Assembly: GCA_965113315.1 (NCBI GenBank)
Contig: OZ220363.1
Source: Podarcis vaucheri
Lineage: Eukaryota
DNA: 64,000 bases
Reading direction: 5' to 3' (one strand)
The position numbers were made by a program, and so were the translations under genes. Positions within the stretch are counted from its first letter, which is position 1. Each line of letters opens with the position of its first letter. This document shows positions 36,109 to 48,290 of this stretch, one piece after another. The notes beneath the pieces are model-generated. The model ran no database searches. It was given only the letters and a program-made list of their open reading frames with translations, and was not told the DNA's origin.

Positions 36109-37407
36109 TTAAGGGTTAAAACTTACCACTTTACCAGGCCTTGCCCATGTGCAAATAAATCCCTCCTGACAAGCAGTGACTATACAGTCTTCAAGAAAAA
36201 TTAACACAGTCAGTCTTTCGTGTGCTATCTTTTTACAGATAAGAGGCTCTAACAAAGGAACTTCCTCCATTCTGGGACACAGGGGCGTTCCCAAAGTTTT
36301 TGCTGGGTCCGTTTTGGTTTTAGTAACTAGGTTCAGTTTGTCACTGCTCTTGCTAGATATATGTCCCATACTATGGTTTCGCTTGTGGTCTTTTTCGTGG
36401 TGCCTCTCCTTCCGATCATGTAGTGATAAGGTTGCAAACTTACTAACGCCAGAGGCAATGGCGCCGTCCATGACACTGCTTTTACTGCCAGAATTGGAGA
36501 CGGCAGAATGTGGAAGGCTATTGGACCGTGGAAGAGGAGGGGGCACAGAGTTCCCAGGTGTTGTGATGCTGTTTCCATTACTGCCTGGATTAGCTCCACC
36601 GCTTCCTGCAGGTGGGCTGGTTGCATTCATGACATTTGTGTGTGTCCTTGCTCTCGAGAGGGGCTGGTGTGGGAAGAGGATATCTTCTGTTAGGTCCCAT
36701 AAGCATAGCTGCGTGTCCTGGCCCACTGAACCAAACCTATATGTGACACTTACTGGACGACTGTCCGTAGAGTTCCTTTTAGATAGCCTAGACTGCGTGC
36801 TGTTTGCTCGATCCCTTCCAAAATGAAGAAGGTCTTGGAAGTCCTCGTCGCTGCCACTGAATTCCATTGGGTCGCTTTCTTCTACGCTAGTGGTATACGG
36901 ATCAAAGGCCACGACGCTGACCCAGGATTTGTGTCCGTGGCCTCTAGCTATCACTCGGCAGTCCACAAAAGACCAGACAGTCACTAAGTCGTCTTCTCCG
37001 CCTGTCACGATGTATTTGCCATCGGGGCTCCAACATGCGCACAGCAGCCCTCCAAAGTAGCTTTTCATTGTACCGTGCAACTCCACAGAATCAAAGTTAA
37101 ATACACGAAGAAAGCCATCCTGGCTTACACATGCCAGGAATTTCCCATCTGGGGAAAAAGCAAATTCGTTCAGGGCCCCCTCACCTACTGTCCATTTAAG
37201 CAAAGGGTTTCGTGTAGATTTGCTCTTGCATGTATGGACTGCAAAACTTTCTCCTTGTTTGAGTAGCTGATAGTGTGGGGCTGTGGTACCACAATTGTGT
37301 TCCACGTTATACAAGTACATATTGCCACTGGAATGAGCTACTAGGAAGAGGCTTTCTGAACCAGGAACCCATTTTACACAAGTTACTCTGGACTTGTCTA
37401 TTAGTCT
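36109..37407 (-). CDS. WDR20: WDR20 large exon (WD40 repeats; USP12/USP46 regulator), read-through isoform ending GKVVSFNP*
   Basis: ttccag|RLIDKSRVTCVKWVPG...; WD40 repeats (AFSPDGKFLACVSQDGFLRVF, WSPDGKYIVTGGEDDLVTVW, GHKSWV). Internal donor GTG|GTAAGT at 36127/36126; stop at 36109 if the donor is not used. Confidence 0.97.
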   Translation of the reverse strand, partial: RLIDKSRVTCVKWVPGSESLFLVAHSSGNMYLYNVEHNCGTTAPHYQLLKQGESFAVHTCKSKSTRNPLLKWTVGEGALNEFAFSPDGKFLACVSQDGFLRVFNFDSVELHGTMKSYFGGLLCACWSPDGKYIVTGGEDDLVTVWSFVDCRVIARGHGHKSWVSVVAFDPYTTSVEESDPMEFSGSDEDFQDLLHFGRDRANSTQSRLSKRNSTDSRPVSVTYRFGSVGQDTQLCLWDLTEDILFPHQPLSRARTHTNVMNATSPPAGSGGANPGSNGNSITTPGNSVPPPLPRSNSLPHSAVSNSGSKSSVMDGAIASGVSKFATLSLHDRKERHHEKDHKRNHSMGHISSKSSDKLNLVTKTKTDPAKTLGTPLCPRMEEVPLLEPLICKKIAHERLTVLIFLEDCIVTACQEGFICTWARPGKVVSFNP

Positions 37408-39863
37408 CTGGAAAACAAAGGAAAGAAGGTACACATCAGAGTCATCTCAGTTTTGATTTTTCATTTAACAAGGTAATTAATTTTCTGCCATTCAGCATTT
37501 AATACACAAAGTTATTCTACTTGCAGAAAACAAGCCTATGACTACTTCAGTTATAAGCTACTGTGTGCTTTTCTTACCCCATGTAGATCTGGAGTAACAT
37601 TACAATGGTCAGCATGATTTGTGGCAAGCCTCCCTTAACACAGTTCAATGAAAAAAAGAAAGTCAGGCTGTGTACATTCTGGGAAGAACTTACTCATCAA
37701 ATCTGAATCTGACATAGATTTTTTTTGGGGGGGACCCCCTGAAAAGACAACCACTTAATATGTCCTTGGAAAAAGAAACCTAGCTTTAAGGATCCAGAAG
37801 AAAAGAAGCAATTTAGTAGAATAATTGGACCACTTTAGGTATTATAGCTCTACCTTACTGAAGTGAAAATAGGAAGGAAGCAGAAGTTATTTCAACAAAA
37901 ATAATGGCAATTGCAAAGTATGCTCAACTTAAAAAAATACTTTGACAGTCTGGACCTAGGATGGGGAGGAGAGATCTAGTATCTGGGCAAGTTAAAATCT
38001 TTGAGCCACTTAACAAATACTGCATTGCTTTTGTGTAGAAGATGTCTAGACATTCAAGGTAATTAGTTACGATAGATGGAAGAGATTTTCAGTTGCGGAT
38101 TCCACCTTCCAATTACCTGTGCTGGGCTTCTATGAACAACCAATGCAATTTGGCCTGTGGGTTCATTATCTTTAAGTGATAGTAATGGCACTTCTGTGGG
38201 TTTTATCATTATTCTGCCAACCTAAGCCATTCAAGCATCACAACAAAAAAGGGAAGAAGCAAATAACAGTAATACCGGGGGGGGGGGTTGTAACCAGCTA
38301 TAAAACTAAATATCCTTCCCTCTCTGGACTGTAGCATGTCTTCAAATGGGACACAACTTATTTTATTTGTTTAACAAAAAATTATGATACAATACTTTTT
38401 CACTAGTACAGTGATGTAAAGGCTGCTCACTGAGGGAAAACACTTACTATAATTTCAATAATCCCTGGAGACTATAGGGGGGGGGAAATCATCAAATTAT
38501 GAAATGTGAAAACCCCATCCTAGAGTTCTTGCTCTGTCTTGTTCAATATAGGATATACATCAATGTGACAAATTGTGTACAATGCACAATATGTTAAATG
38601 AGCAGCTGTAGCCAGAAAGGGCTGGGATGGTCTAGAGAAGAGTCCATGGAAGGAGGCTGGCAAAAGCTGATTTCCCCTTTGGGCTTCAGGGGAACCTACT
38701 GAATAGGGTGGGTTGAGGTATGGGGGCTAATGGATCCCTGATGATCTGGAGTCAGTACAAGCAAAGAAGGTTTGCATTTCCCCGGCGTTAGGGTGGGGGA
38801 GAGAAAGGTGGTAATATTAATAATAAAGAAGAAAACAGGACACTTTCCTTTTGTGAAATCCCTTACATTAAAGCTTATTCTGGGATCCAAGTCCAATTTT
38901 CAGCAATTACCCCTCCCCGCAGAAGATGCCACCCCCCAACACACATTTCCCCATCTCACATTGTTCTGGAGAGTCTTTTCTCACATGGGCGGTGGCAGGA
39001 GAAGATGAGAAACTCTCCTTCTGTAAGCATCCTTAAGTCAACTTATCATAGGATCCAAGCTAGCAAATTTATAGTGAGATGCAGAGTTCTTTACTACTCT
39101 TGTCTCAGCAAACTACAAAGAAAAAAACATGCCCGGCCCAAAGTCCACCATATTCTGTACTAAGGTGACCACTTTCAGGAATATGCCTCCTGAACCCCCG
39201 AAAAGTGAAACATTTTCAGTCAATGAAACAAAAGAAGGTTTTATAGGTCTGGCTGACATTCATGAGAACAGGACCCAAAAAACCCCCAACCCAGCTTATA
39301 TTCAGGGTTACTCAATGATCCACCTTCTAGAATAATTCGACTGACTCATAATCAATGTTAGACTTCGAGTTAACGATTTTACTCACACAGGTGCTAGAGA
39401 TGCACAAATGTGTTTTGAATGTGTTTGCAACTACCTGAGTTGCTATAGCAAACTGCTGAGCATATTTATGAGTGGACAGAAGGCAAGACCTTTAAGCATC
39501 AGATTTTAGAGACTCACTTTAAAGTAGAATTTGTATTCAAATTAAATTACAGATCTCTCTAAAAATCTGGCAGCCAAACATCGCACCGTCATGTGGTATA
39601 CTAATCCTCAACAAGTTAAAACAAAAAAAAATGCTTCTTTCAAGTTGCACCAGATTTTATTATTATTATTATTATCTATCATCATCAGTAACAAGGCTTT
39701 AAAGCCAGTACAAAATTGTGGAACAAGGTTTGTGACTTACAACTGCTCTCACAGTGTTATATTTTCTTTACAAACCACTGCAATGAACGATAAACTATAC
39801 CTAAAGCAAGTTGCAGCACATTTTGTCCAAATTGTGCTGATCCATCTTTGGAGAGCTAATGAT

Positions 39864-40008
39864 CTGGGATAGCTAAGTCAGTAGAGGATGAGACTTTTAA
39901 TCTGAGAGTCACGGGTTCGAGCCCCATGTTGGGCAAAAGACTCCTGCATTGCAGGAAATTGGCCAAGACGACCTTCGTGGTCCCTTCCAACTCTACAATT
40001 CTGTGATC
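39864..40008 (+). mobile_element. tRNA-Lys-derived SINE with CR1-type 3' tail (Squam2-like)
   Basis: ggatagctaagtcagtagag..gacttttaatctgag..ggttcgagcccc head followed by cctgcattgcagg...gtcccttccaactctacaattctgtgat. Confidence 0.8.
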
Positions 40009-40686
40009 TTGCCTTGTATGCAAAAGGAGAACAGGGGGAGGTGTTTGGGGACAGTTGTCTTACATTATGAATTACCCACCCCTGTAGAATAGTTACTTAG
40101 CAATCCAAAAATCACTTTCATGGTCCCAAAAAGTTTCATGGTTCCAAAACTGTCTTGGGTATGGCAAAGGCCGGTATGTATGTGTTCCAGTTCCACTGCA
40201 TGGTAAAATACTTGAAATTGAGGAAAGCTGCAAAGCAGTAAGCTGTTCAAACTAAGAAACCAGAGTGCAACTCGCCTGAAGGAGCTCTTCGGATGCAGCT
40301 GTCCAAGTTCGAAGGTAAACCAAGAACTAATAAATTTATGTTCTGCAAATATGCAAGCTTTTAAGCATTAATATTAACTGAAATAGGTCTAAAGCATTCC
40401 ATATAACAGTTCATGCAATCATAGAATGGTAGAGTCTACCCATTTCAGCACTGTGTCTACTTTATTTTATTTTTTTGCTGCCACAGGCAAAATTATTGGG
40501 CCTTTGGGAGCCAGATCAATCCCTCACCCTGAGGGTTAGCCACCCTTGGATTAGGAGATGACACAGATGTAACGCTGCCCACAGTTTAAGTGCACTGCTA
40601 TAGCCCATACAGTACTCCAGTCTTCTGACAATAAGCAAATGGTGAGAAATTGAGGGTGTGAGAAAAACCACCACCTCTTCCATAGT

Positions 40687-40940
40687 GAAGAAGAAGAGGA
40701 GGAGTTTGGATTTGATATCCCGCTTTATCACTACCCGAAGGAGTCTCAAAGCAACTCACAATCTCCTTTCCCTTCCTCCCCCACAACAAACACTCTGTGA
40801 GGTGAGTGGGGCTGAGAGACTTCAGAGAAGTGTGACTCGCCCAAGGTCACCCAGCAGCTGCATGTGGAGGAGCGGGGAATCGAACCCAGTTCACCAGATT
40901 ACGAGACTACCGCTCTTAACCACTACACCACACTGGCTCT
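40687..40940 (-). mobile_element. tRNA/CORE-type SINE (Squam3/MIR-like) with (CTT)n tail
   Basis: Minus strand: gccagtgtggtgtagtggttaagag (box A), ggttcgattcc (box B), gggtgaccttgggc core, CTT tail. Confidence 0.82.
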
Positions 40941-41126
40941 CCAGTGCATTACTGTGACACAGTCCCTCTCACATAATGTGATATAAATGTGCTTTCCCAC
41001 TTTCAAAGGCTTCCCCTAGTATCCCTCCAAGGTGACTATTTTCAAATGGAAAAACAAACATGCATATGGAGAGCCCATAAAAGAAAATAAACGTTTGCAT
41101 GCACCAAGATTACGGTATCCACTTAC

Positions 41127-41309
41127 TTCCTCATTAAATAATTTGCTAGTTTCTTTTTTAATAGGATCTATAAGTTGCACCTGGCCTGCAGAGAAGCCCA
41201 CTAGTAGAGAAACACTTTCTGCCGTGGCTGTTAAATGATTGAAGTCATGACACGTTGGTTGTGTTCCTTTGTATATCCTTTTATCTATTGGTTTACTCAA
41301 GTCAGCAGC
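41127..41309 (-). CDS. WDR20: WDR20 internal coding exon (183 nt, exon 2 equivalent)
   Basis: ttttgcag|AADLSKPIDKRIYKGTQPTCHDFNHLTATAESVSLLVGFSAGQVQLIDPIKKETSKLFNEE|gtaagt; phase 0/0. Confidence 0.96.
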
Positions 41310-43392
41310 CTGCAAAAAGATTGAAAATAAGATTAGCAATGAATATAACGGTACTCTAGTGTGCTCTACAATAGAACAAGTCTGATGTTTGTAGCAACTG
41401 TGGCAACAATGCAGGATTAAAACCCAGAGAGAATTTAAAAACTAACTTTAAGTAGACCATTCGGAAATCATGTACTAAAGCAATTTTTGTATAGTCAAGA
41501 GTTGCTGTTCTCCCTGAGAGTCATCAGGAGGCCAAAATATATCTTGTCACTCATGAACTGACCTCTTCAGAAACGCACAGAGTCTATCAAAAGTTGGCAC
41601 CACCTGGGCTTCCCAGTCAGGCAGAACATGCATTCATGGAAAGCATTACACAGTAACATGCACATTGGCAGCACATACAAAAGTTCAAAGAAGTTGCAAC
41701 TGAGTATGGATATCTCAACTCCTTAACAAGAAGTTCCCTTACTCTGTAAACATAGTGGACCAAAAGTTTTACTGTATATTAACACCTTAGTACAAGATTT
41801 GGATGACACGAAACTGCTGGCAGGTGGCCATCCTTGTCTGAAGCAAAATGTTCCAAGAATCTGTAACTCCACTGTATTATGTGGTGTGCCAATAAGCTTC
41901 ACGCTCTACATGAAATGCATTGCTGCTTCATCTCTGGTCATCAGAGTCATTATCCGTTATCACAGAAGAGTAGTGCAATGGCATAGCGCTTCTGGTTTTG
42001 AAGGCTATGAGGTTCATCAGGTACCCCAGATAGGTCACTCCATCAGTCTAATCTATTTTACCAGCTTGTTGAAAGGATAATTCTGCACCTTCCATTTAGG
42101 CCAATTTGTACCAGGCCCCCACAGGACCTGAACCATGTGCCCCTAAATCTGTTCTGGGGATTCCCCCAACCCTCACAAGCACATTTGGGGAGGATGCAGG
42201 GAACACCTAGGGAGAGAAGATGGGAGAAAAGTCCTGTTGCACAAGCATTAACCCTTGCACTGGTGGGACAGTTACTTAGCACTGTATCAGACGCAAGTCA
42301 ATGCAGTAGGAATACCCAAAACATATGGCAGAAAAAGACTTAATGTTCAGTGTGGCACTGGCATAATAAAATAGCAGCTCTATGTTAAGCTCTCCAACTT
42401 CTCATAAATTGAATCTCTCTTACCCATTACACTATGTCATCACATTATGAATTTGCACACCACTGGCTGCCATGAATGAATCTGCAGAGAAGCTCACATT
42501 CCAACAGGCTGCAGCAGAGGGAAGAAGAAAAGTAAAAGAGAAGAGCCATTGGCTCTGCTAAGAGGAACTAGCTGTCTTTTGGATTCTCAACTATGCCATG
42601 GCAGCAGCCATTCTATCAGGCTGTAGAAGAGGGGGGAATGGAAAGCAAGGCCACATGATCTGCTGTGCTGAAAGACCAGCTCCTCCTCTCACCAAACTGT
42701 TTCCATTCTAGCTGGGTCATTACAACACTCAACTTTTAAAACATTTGCATCCTCCACTCACATTCCTTTTTCCTTTTGTATCATACCTTAGATTGTAAGC
42801 CCCAGAGAGCGGGGGCTGCATTGTTTTTTATTGATCTTGTAAGTCATTCTGGAATCATTTCTGGCTGAAGAGTGGGATACAAATATTTTAAATAACTAGT
42901 GCATGGTGACATGTCATAAGTAAATGTGCCTGGGCATTAGAGAGAGATGCAATAATTCAACACAAGGTTTCTGCAATCTTTGTCAAGCCTAACATCTAGT
43001 TTCATCTTTATTGTCCATCATGAAGATGCTTAAAGATTACAAGAGCAATGTTAATATGTATTATTCTAGTACGGTCAACAATGGAACTAACTGAATTGTG
43101 GAAGGTGCATTTTTCCATATGACCCTTGCTATTAAGAGACAGTTGTGGCAATAGAGCGCTTAATATTTTTTAGTACAAATTATACAGCTGACAAGTAAAT
43201 TAAATGCTTAATCTACATAGTGCTAACTTGTAGATCCTGAGAACAATCCTAAGGCAGTGGGAAGAACAGCTGGGAGGCTGCTGACCTACCTCTGGTTGGC
43301 AGAGAGTGGTCTTAAGGTCAAAGACCCACCACCTGCTGCAGCAATGGCAATCTTTGCTCCCTTTGGTGATTTAAACTGAGATCTTAAATATA

Positions 43393-44271
43393 ATGTAAAA
43401 CCAAAGTATGGATAAGAACCTTATGCACTTGGCTAAGACTTAACAACTCGCCAGTTGGACTACTTTCCCTGATGCTTCTTGACAAATTCCAATCTAGTTG
43501 GTTGAAGGGCACTCTCAGAAAATTGGCCACATATAGTCTCTCCCCAGAGTTTTTATTAAGTTTAGAAAGGGGAAAGGCCAAGAATATAATCAAAGAAAGA
43601 CTCAGGGACATAGAAGCCCAAAATGACTTGGGTCAACTTCCAATAACTCATAAACTCCTATTCGATTCCCAAAGCCCCCATCTAGCAAACTATCTTAAAG
43701 TTCTACATAATGCCAAACACCGTTGGGCATTTACCAGGGCCCGCTTTAACGCTCTCCCTTCAGCTCTTCTAGAGGGAAGATACAACAAAATACCGTTCGA
43801 ACAAAGATTATGTCCCTGTAACAGCAACGAAATAGAAACCATCGGGCATGTCATCTTATATTGCCCATTATATCGAGACTCAAGAAAAGAGCTGATCGAG
43901 CCGATTCTGAGGAAAATACCTCGTAGTACAGATGACACCTATATCAGACACCTCTTAGCTGACAAAGACCCCGAAATTAACAGGCCTGTGGCGAAGTACT
44001 GTTACATTGCAACAAGAATAAGACGAGCAATGACAGCAACAGAGTTCAAATTGCAAACATCGAAGGAACGATAATAAACAGTAATGACATTTGAATTGAA
44101 TCCTCAAAACCTTAAAAGTCGAAACCTGATCATAAACATAAGTACCAATTTTGTGATTTGGCCATATCTCCACTGTTATCTGTAGTACAATAGTACTCAT
44201 ATTGCCAATATTATTTTATTTTATAAATTGCTTGTTGGTCATTGACCGTATTAAAGATATTTAAAAAAAAA
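43393..44271 (+). mobile_element. 5'-truncated non-LTR retrotransposon, probably RTE-X clade (ORF C-terminus, 3' UTR, A tail)
   Basis: Uninterrupted frame of about 225 codons ending at 44074 with GRY..IP.EQRLCPC..E..HVILYCPLY Cys/His motif; 3' end ggtcattgacc hairpin, ATTAAA, A-run. Confidence 0.8.
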
Positions 44272-44698
44272 TATTGAATGTATTAGGAACTTAATCACAA
44301 GTAGACTTTAAAGGCTCTGATACTGGGAGCAAGCAGTTGGCAAATATATTAGAAGAACTGTGATTAACAGAACAAGCCTACCTATGTCTACTCAGAAGTC
44401 CTATTGAATTCAATGGTACTAAGTATTGTTGGGATTGCAGCCTTAGGCTTTCCCTTGAGGCAGCATAAGGTAAGCAAATGAGTTTATTTTCTACCTCCTT
44501 TATAGGAGAAAACTGAATTCCAAATGGCTTGGGAACAATATTTGTTTTATGTGCACTTGCATTTCCCTCCAATCTGTGCACAGAGGTTTCATTCTAACTA
44601 CTGGAAACTTCACCCAGATTTATTGTAAACTCTAATTTTCTGTTTTCCTGTGGACTGGAAACATGGCTTTCAAGGTAACAATACCAATTACATTATAT

Positions 44699-45431
44699 CA
44701 GTGATGGCGAACCTTTTAGAGACCGAGTGCCCAAACTGCAACCCCAAACCCATTTATTTATCACAAAGTGCCAACACGGCAATTTAACCTTTATATCTCA
44801 TTTTTTCTGTGTGTTTCACGTTTCTTCTTTATGGCTGCTGTTGTAATAAGTAATCCTTCATAAAAGTTATTGCACTACATTCTTCATTAAATTATCTTCC
44901 CACTGATATATCATTTTATGGTATAACTCAGTGCTTTTTTTCTTAAAAAATGTTTAATGGCATTCTCATATTGACTCAAGAAAATCACCACCGGGGGGAA
45001 ATAAATACAGTTCAAATTGGGGGAAATAAATACAGTGAATTTCTTCTCCCATTAAATTCACAAAATGTTTAGGGGTGTGCGTCCCCACAGAAAAAAAGCA
45101 CTGGTATTACTCCAAAACAAAGTGGTGTTATGAGCCATCAAACCTCGCAAATACGTTTTTTCCAGAAGGTTCCACAATTTTGGCCACTAGCACACTGGAG
45201 GGCTGTACAAAGAGCCACCCTCTCTCAATTTTTAATGTGAGATAATCATGATTGTCTGCATGTACACATACCAATAAATATAAATAAATAAACCCAACCA
45301 GATGGGCAGGGTATTATTATTATTATTTTTTTAAAAAAATTATTTTCAATGCAGAATCATAACAAAAATTACAAACATTGAAGGCTCTGAGTGCCCTCTC
45401 TGGCACGCATGCCATAAGTTCGCGACCACTG
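44699..45431. mobile_element. hAT-Charlie-type non-autonomous element
   Basis: TIRs CAGTGATGGCGAAC / GTTCGCGACCACTG, GTGCC subterminal motifs; TSD only 5/8. Confidence 0.7.
44929..45103. mobile_element. hAT MITE nested in 44699-45431
   Basis: Perfect 15-bp TIR CAGTGCTTTTTTTCT / AGAAAAAAAGCACTG; TSD gtataact/gtattact. Confidence 0.85.
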
Positions 45432-47841
45432 CACAATGTGAACTCTTCTTCGCAATCTGAAGCAGTTCCTAACTTTGTTAGGAGGTTGTATCTGAAAGGT
45501 GCTCTGTGCTTCCACTCACACTAAGTGACTCTTCAAGTTATACTACCATGCTTCCTCAGATCCAGCCTCAGTACTTAAGAGAGTTGGAATAAAAGCACCG
45601 AACATCTCATTATGTCTAAATGCTTCAGATACCGTTTCCAAAAGCACTGAATTAAATATGACCTCTTTGCCATTTCATATTACAGCACTAACATATTTAA
45701 TAAGAGTCCACTAAATTTAAGAGACTGTGCAAGCCAGAGGGCTAACCACTGGACCTGGGGGCAAGCAATTTTTAAAGGGTTTGTTACAAATATAAAGAGC
45801 ACCCTATAAGTAAAACAGAGGAAGCAAATACATTAACTATCCTTTAACTAACTCTTGGTTTTTAATGCTCTGAAGGATACATTTCTCACCTGTCTAAATG
45901 CGCCTCTGAACAATGACATTTTATTTGATGGGAGGAGAAAAGGACTGATGGTCTTTGCTCTTAAACATCTTGGGAGCCATAATATTTTTCATTCATTATT
46001 CTTACCATGCTGGAGGAACACATTAATACCATTGCTAAACTATTCTCTGCAAGACAGATACTCAGTGTGAAGACGTTTCTGCATGACACACTGGTATAGG
46101 ACAGTCATCAGAAACAGATCTAGCATCAAATTAGAGCCAAGCAAGCCCAGAAACACATACACACATTGCATTTTATGTGCCCATTTTTTCTTGGCAAGAG
46201 ATACTGAAGTCGATCTCTTATGCTAACCCCAAGGTGTCTGGATGACAAAATATGATTTTGCATAGGGATCTATCTAATCCACACCCCATTTCCAACATAC
46301 TCTTCCGGGAAATCTGCAAGTATGGTATGAAGCAAACAAACTTCTACTGATGTTTATCCCCAATCGCTGGTATTTTGGCATACTTCCTTTGAACATGGTG
46401 GTTTAATTTAGCTATCGTGGTTAACATTCTCTACAAATCTACCATTTAGACTGGAGACTATCACAACATTTTATTGAATAAAATTTCGTGAATTATATGA
46501 CAATTTACCAAATATTACGGTTTACCACAATCCAAATCTCTGCTCTTCTAATATTGCTGGTAGGATTACCAAATACCAACATCAATCTATTCACAGCTAA
46601 GTGGCAACAGCATCCGCTATGGTTCAATTTTCTCTTCCCCACCTGCACTACCCAAAACAAAACCAGAGTAAGATGTAGCCAATGCTAATGTGCAGCAAAA
46701 GAAAATACTGTTTTGAGAGTCCTAGATAAACCTTTTATACCAAGGTAAAAGATACATGGTGACTTAAGTTCAGGTACTCCTTAGGCTGCCCCACCTTTTT
46801 CCTTAGGTCTGCTTCTGTTCCTGTAGCAACCTGACATACAATTCAGATTAGGCTTTTTCCGACAAATATATAAGGTAACAGGAAAAAGTCTCACCTATTT
46901 ATCATCTATATGTCAGACTGCTGTTAAGCAGTCCATTTTTTCCTAACATGGACATAAAGCATCCTTCTATCACCTTGCATCCTCCAGGTGTTTTGGATTA
47001 CAATTCCCAGCAGCCAGAGAAGGCCGACAAAGTTGTGAGAATCGCCAACTATATTTCTGCTTCAAAAGGTGGAGGATTCAGGATCTGTGAAATGTGGCAG
47101 CCCTAGTTACTACTCATGGGTACCCACTGCATTTCATTTCATTATATTGAGTATTCTTTGCTTACTATGTATAATTACAGTAGAAGTGACAGTTTGTTCT
47201 ATTTTGTGACACTGAAAGCAAGCACAAAATTACCCGTCACTATTGGTATCAACTGTGGATTTTCAAACATTCAGCTAAGTTTTATTTGGGACAAATGTAA
47301 CTATCTAAACTTCAGAAGACCACATAACAACAAAAAAACTTTCCACATCATTGCCCCCAAATCTCTAAGCCTATCAGCCCAGCTTAAGCAAAAACTGTAT
47401 CTTAAGCCAAGGTGTAAAAATTGCTTTCACATTCTTAAATGAACAGAGGGGCAATGTATTAAGCAACAATTAGAAGTTGTGGTGGGAAGCAGTCAGAGTT
47501 AATAAATGATTATGCCAATATTTATATTAATAACTGACACAATTTAGCAAACACAAATCCTTGAAAAATCACACTGCAAGTCAGTTTTCTTATTTATGCA
47601 CCCAGAGGAACCAACTGAGGGTGTTGCTGTTTTTAATGGTAAATTACTGCCCCAAACACAAAGTCCTGCTCTCCTTCAGTTTTTTGAATTGCCCTGGGTC
47701 TGTACGGCTAGGGCAGAACACTCTTTGACCATCATCCCAGGGGGATGAGCCGCCATATCGGACAGTGCTGTGCACTTTCTTGTGGAAGAAAACAATCTTA
47801 GGTGAGCCACCTATCTTGCTGAAGAGTCCTTTTCAGCTGAA

Positions 47842-47988
47842 GAGATCAAAGGCCTTTGTCAGGCCTATGAAGGTGATGTACAAGGGGCGTCTCTGCTCTC
47901 GGCACTTCTCCTGCAGTTGATGCAGTGAAAAAATCATGTTGACTGTTGACCTCTGAGCTCTAAAGGTACACTGTGTCTCGGGAAAGAC
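47842..47988 (-). mobile_element. RTE-clade LINE reverse transcriptase fragment
   Basis: VFPETQCTFRAQRSTVNMIFSLHQLQEKCREQRRPLYITFIGLTKAFDL, resembling QCGFR...QEKCRE...FIDLTKAFD. Confidence 0.8.
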
Positions 47989-48009
47989 TTGTAAGCAATT
48001 GACTGTAGT

Positions 48010-48290
48010 CTGTTGAGAACTATATGGGCAAAGGCTCAGCTCAATTTACTGGCCCGCATACAGCTCATTAGTGTCACCAGACTCTGGTCTGGCATCTTCA
48101 CAGCATCACCTGATTTCAGGTGGAATAGAAAGACAGCTGGGAATAATCTGCATATTGTTGACATTGTTTCCCAAATGATGTTCCCCAGCAGTTTCATATA
48201 GGTATTTAAGAACACGGAGGTTAAGATGGATCCTTGCACAACCTCAAAGCAAAATTGCCAAGGGGCCTATCAAAAATGCCTCAGGGTATC
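48010..48290 (-). mobile_element. Old L2 RT fragment
   Basis: QGSILTSVFLNTYMKLLG...MRASKL, resembling PQGSILSP.LFNIYMKPLG...WM..NKL. Confidence 0.7.

Noticed and set aside
36176-36826. 216-aa + strand ORF antisense to WDR20
   Set aside because: Shadow frame of a coding exon; non-ATG start and no independent signals.
39864-39936. tRNA-Lys gene
   Set aside because: Stems are disrupted, it continues into a CR1-like tail and lacks a T-run terminator; it is a SINE head.
43472-44074. 200-aa ORF as a nested host gene
   Set aside because: It is the C-terminus of a 5'-truncated LINE ORF with a retroposon-type tail.
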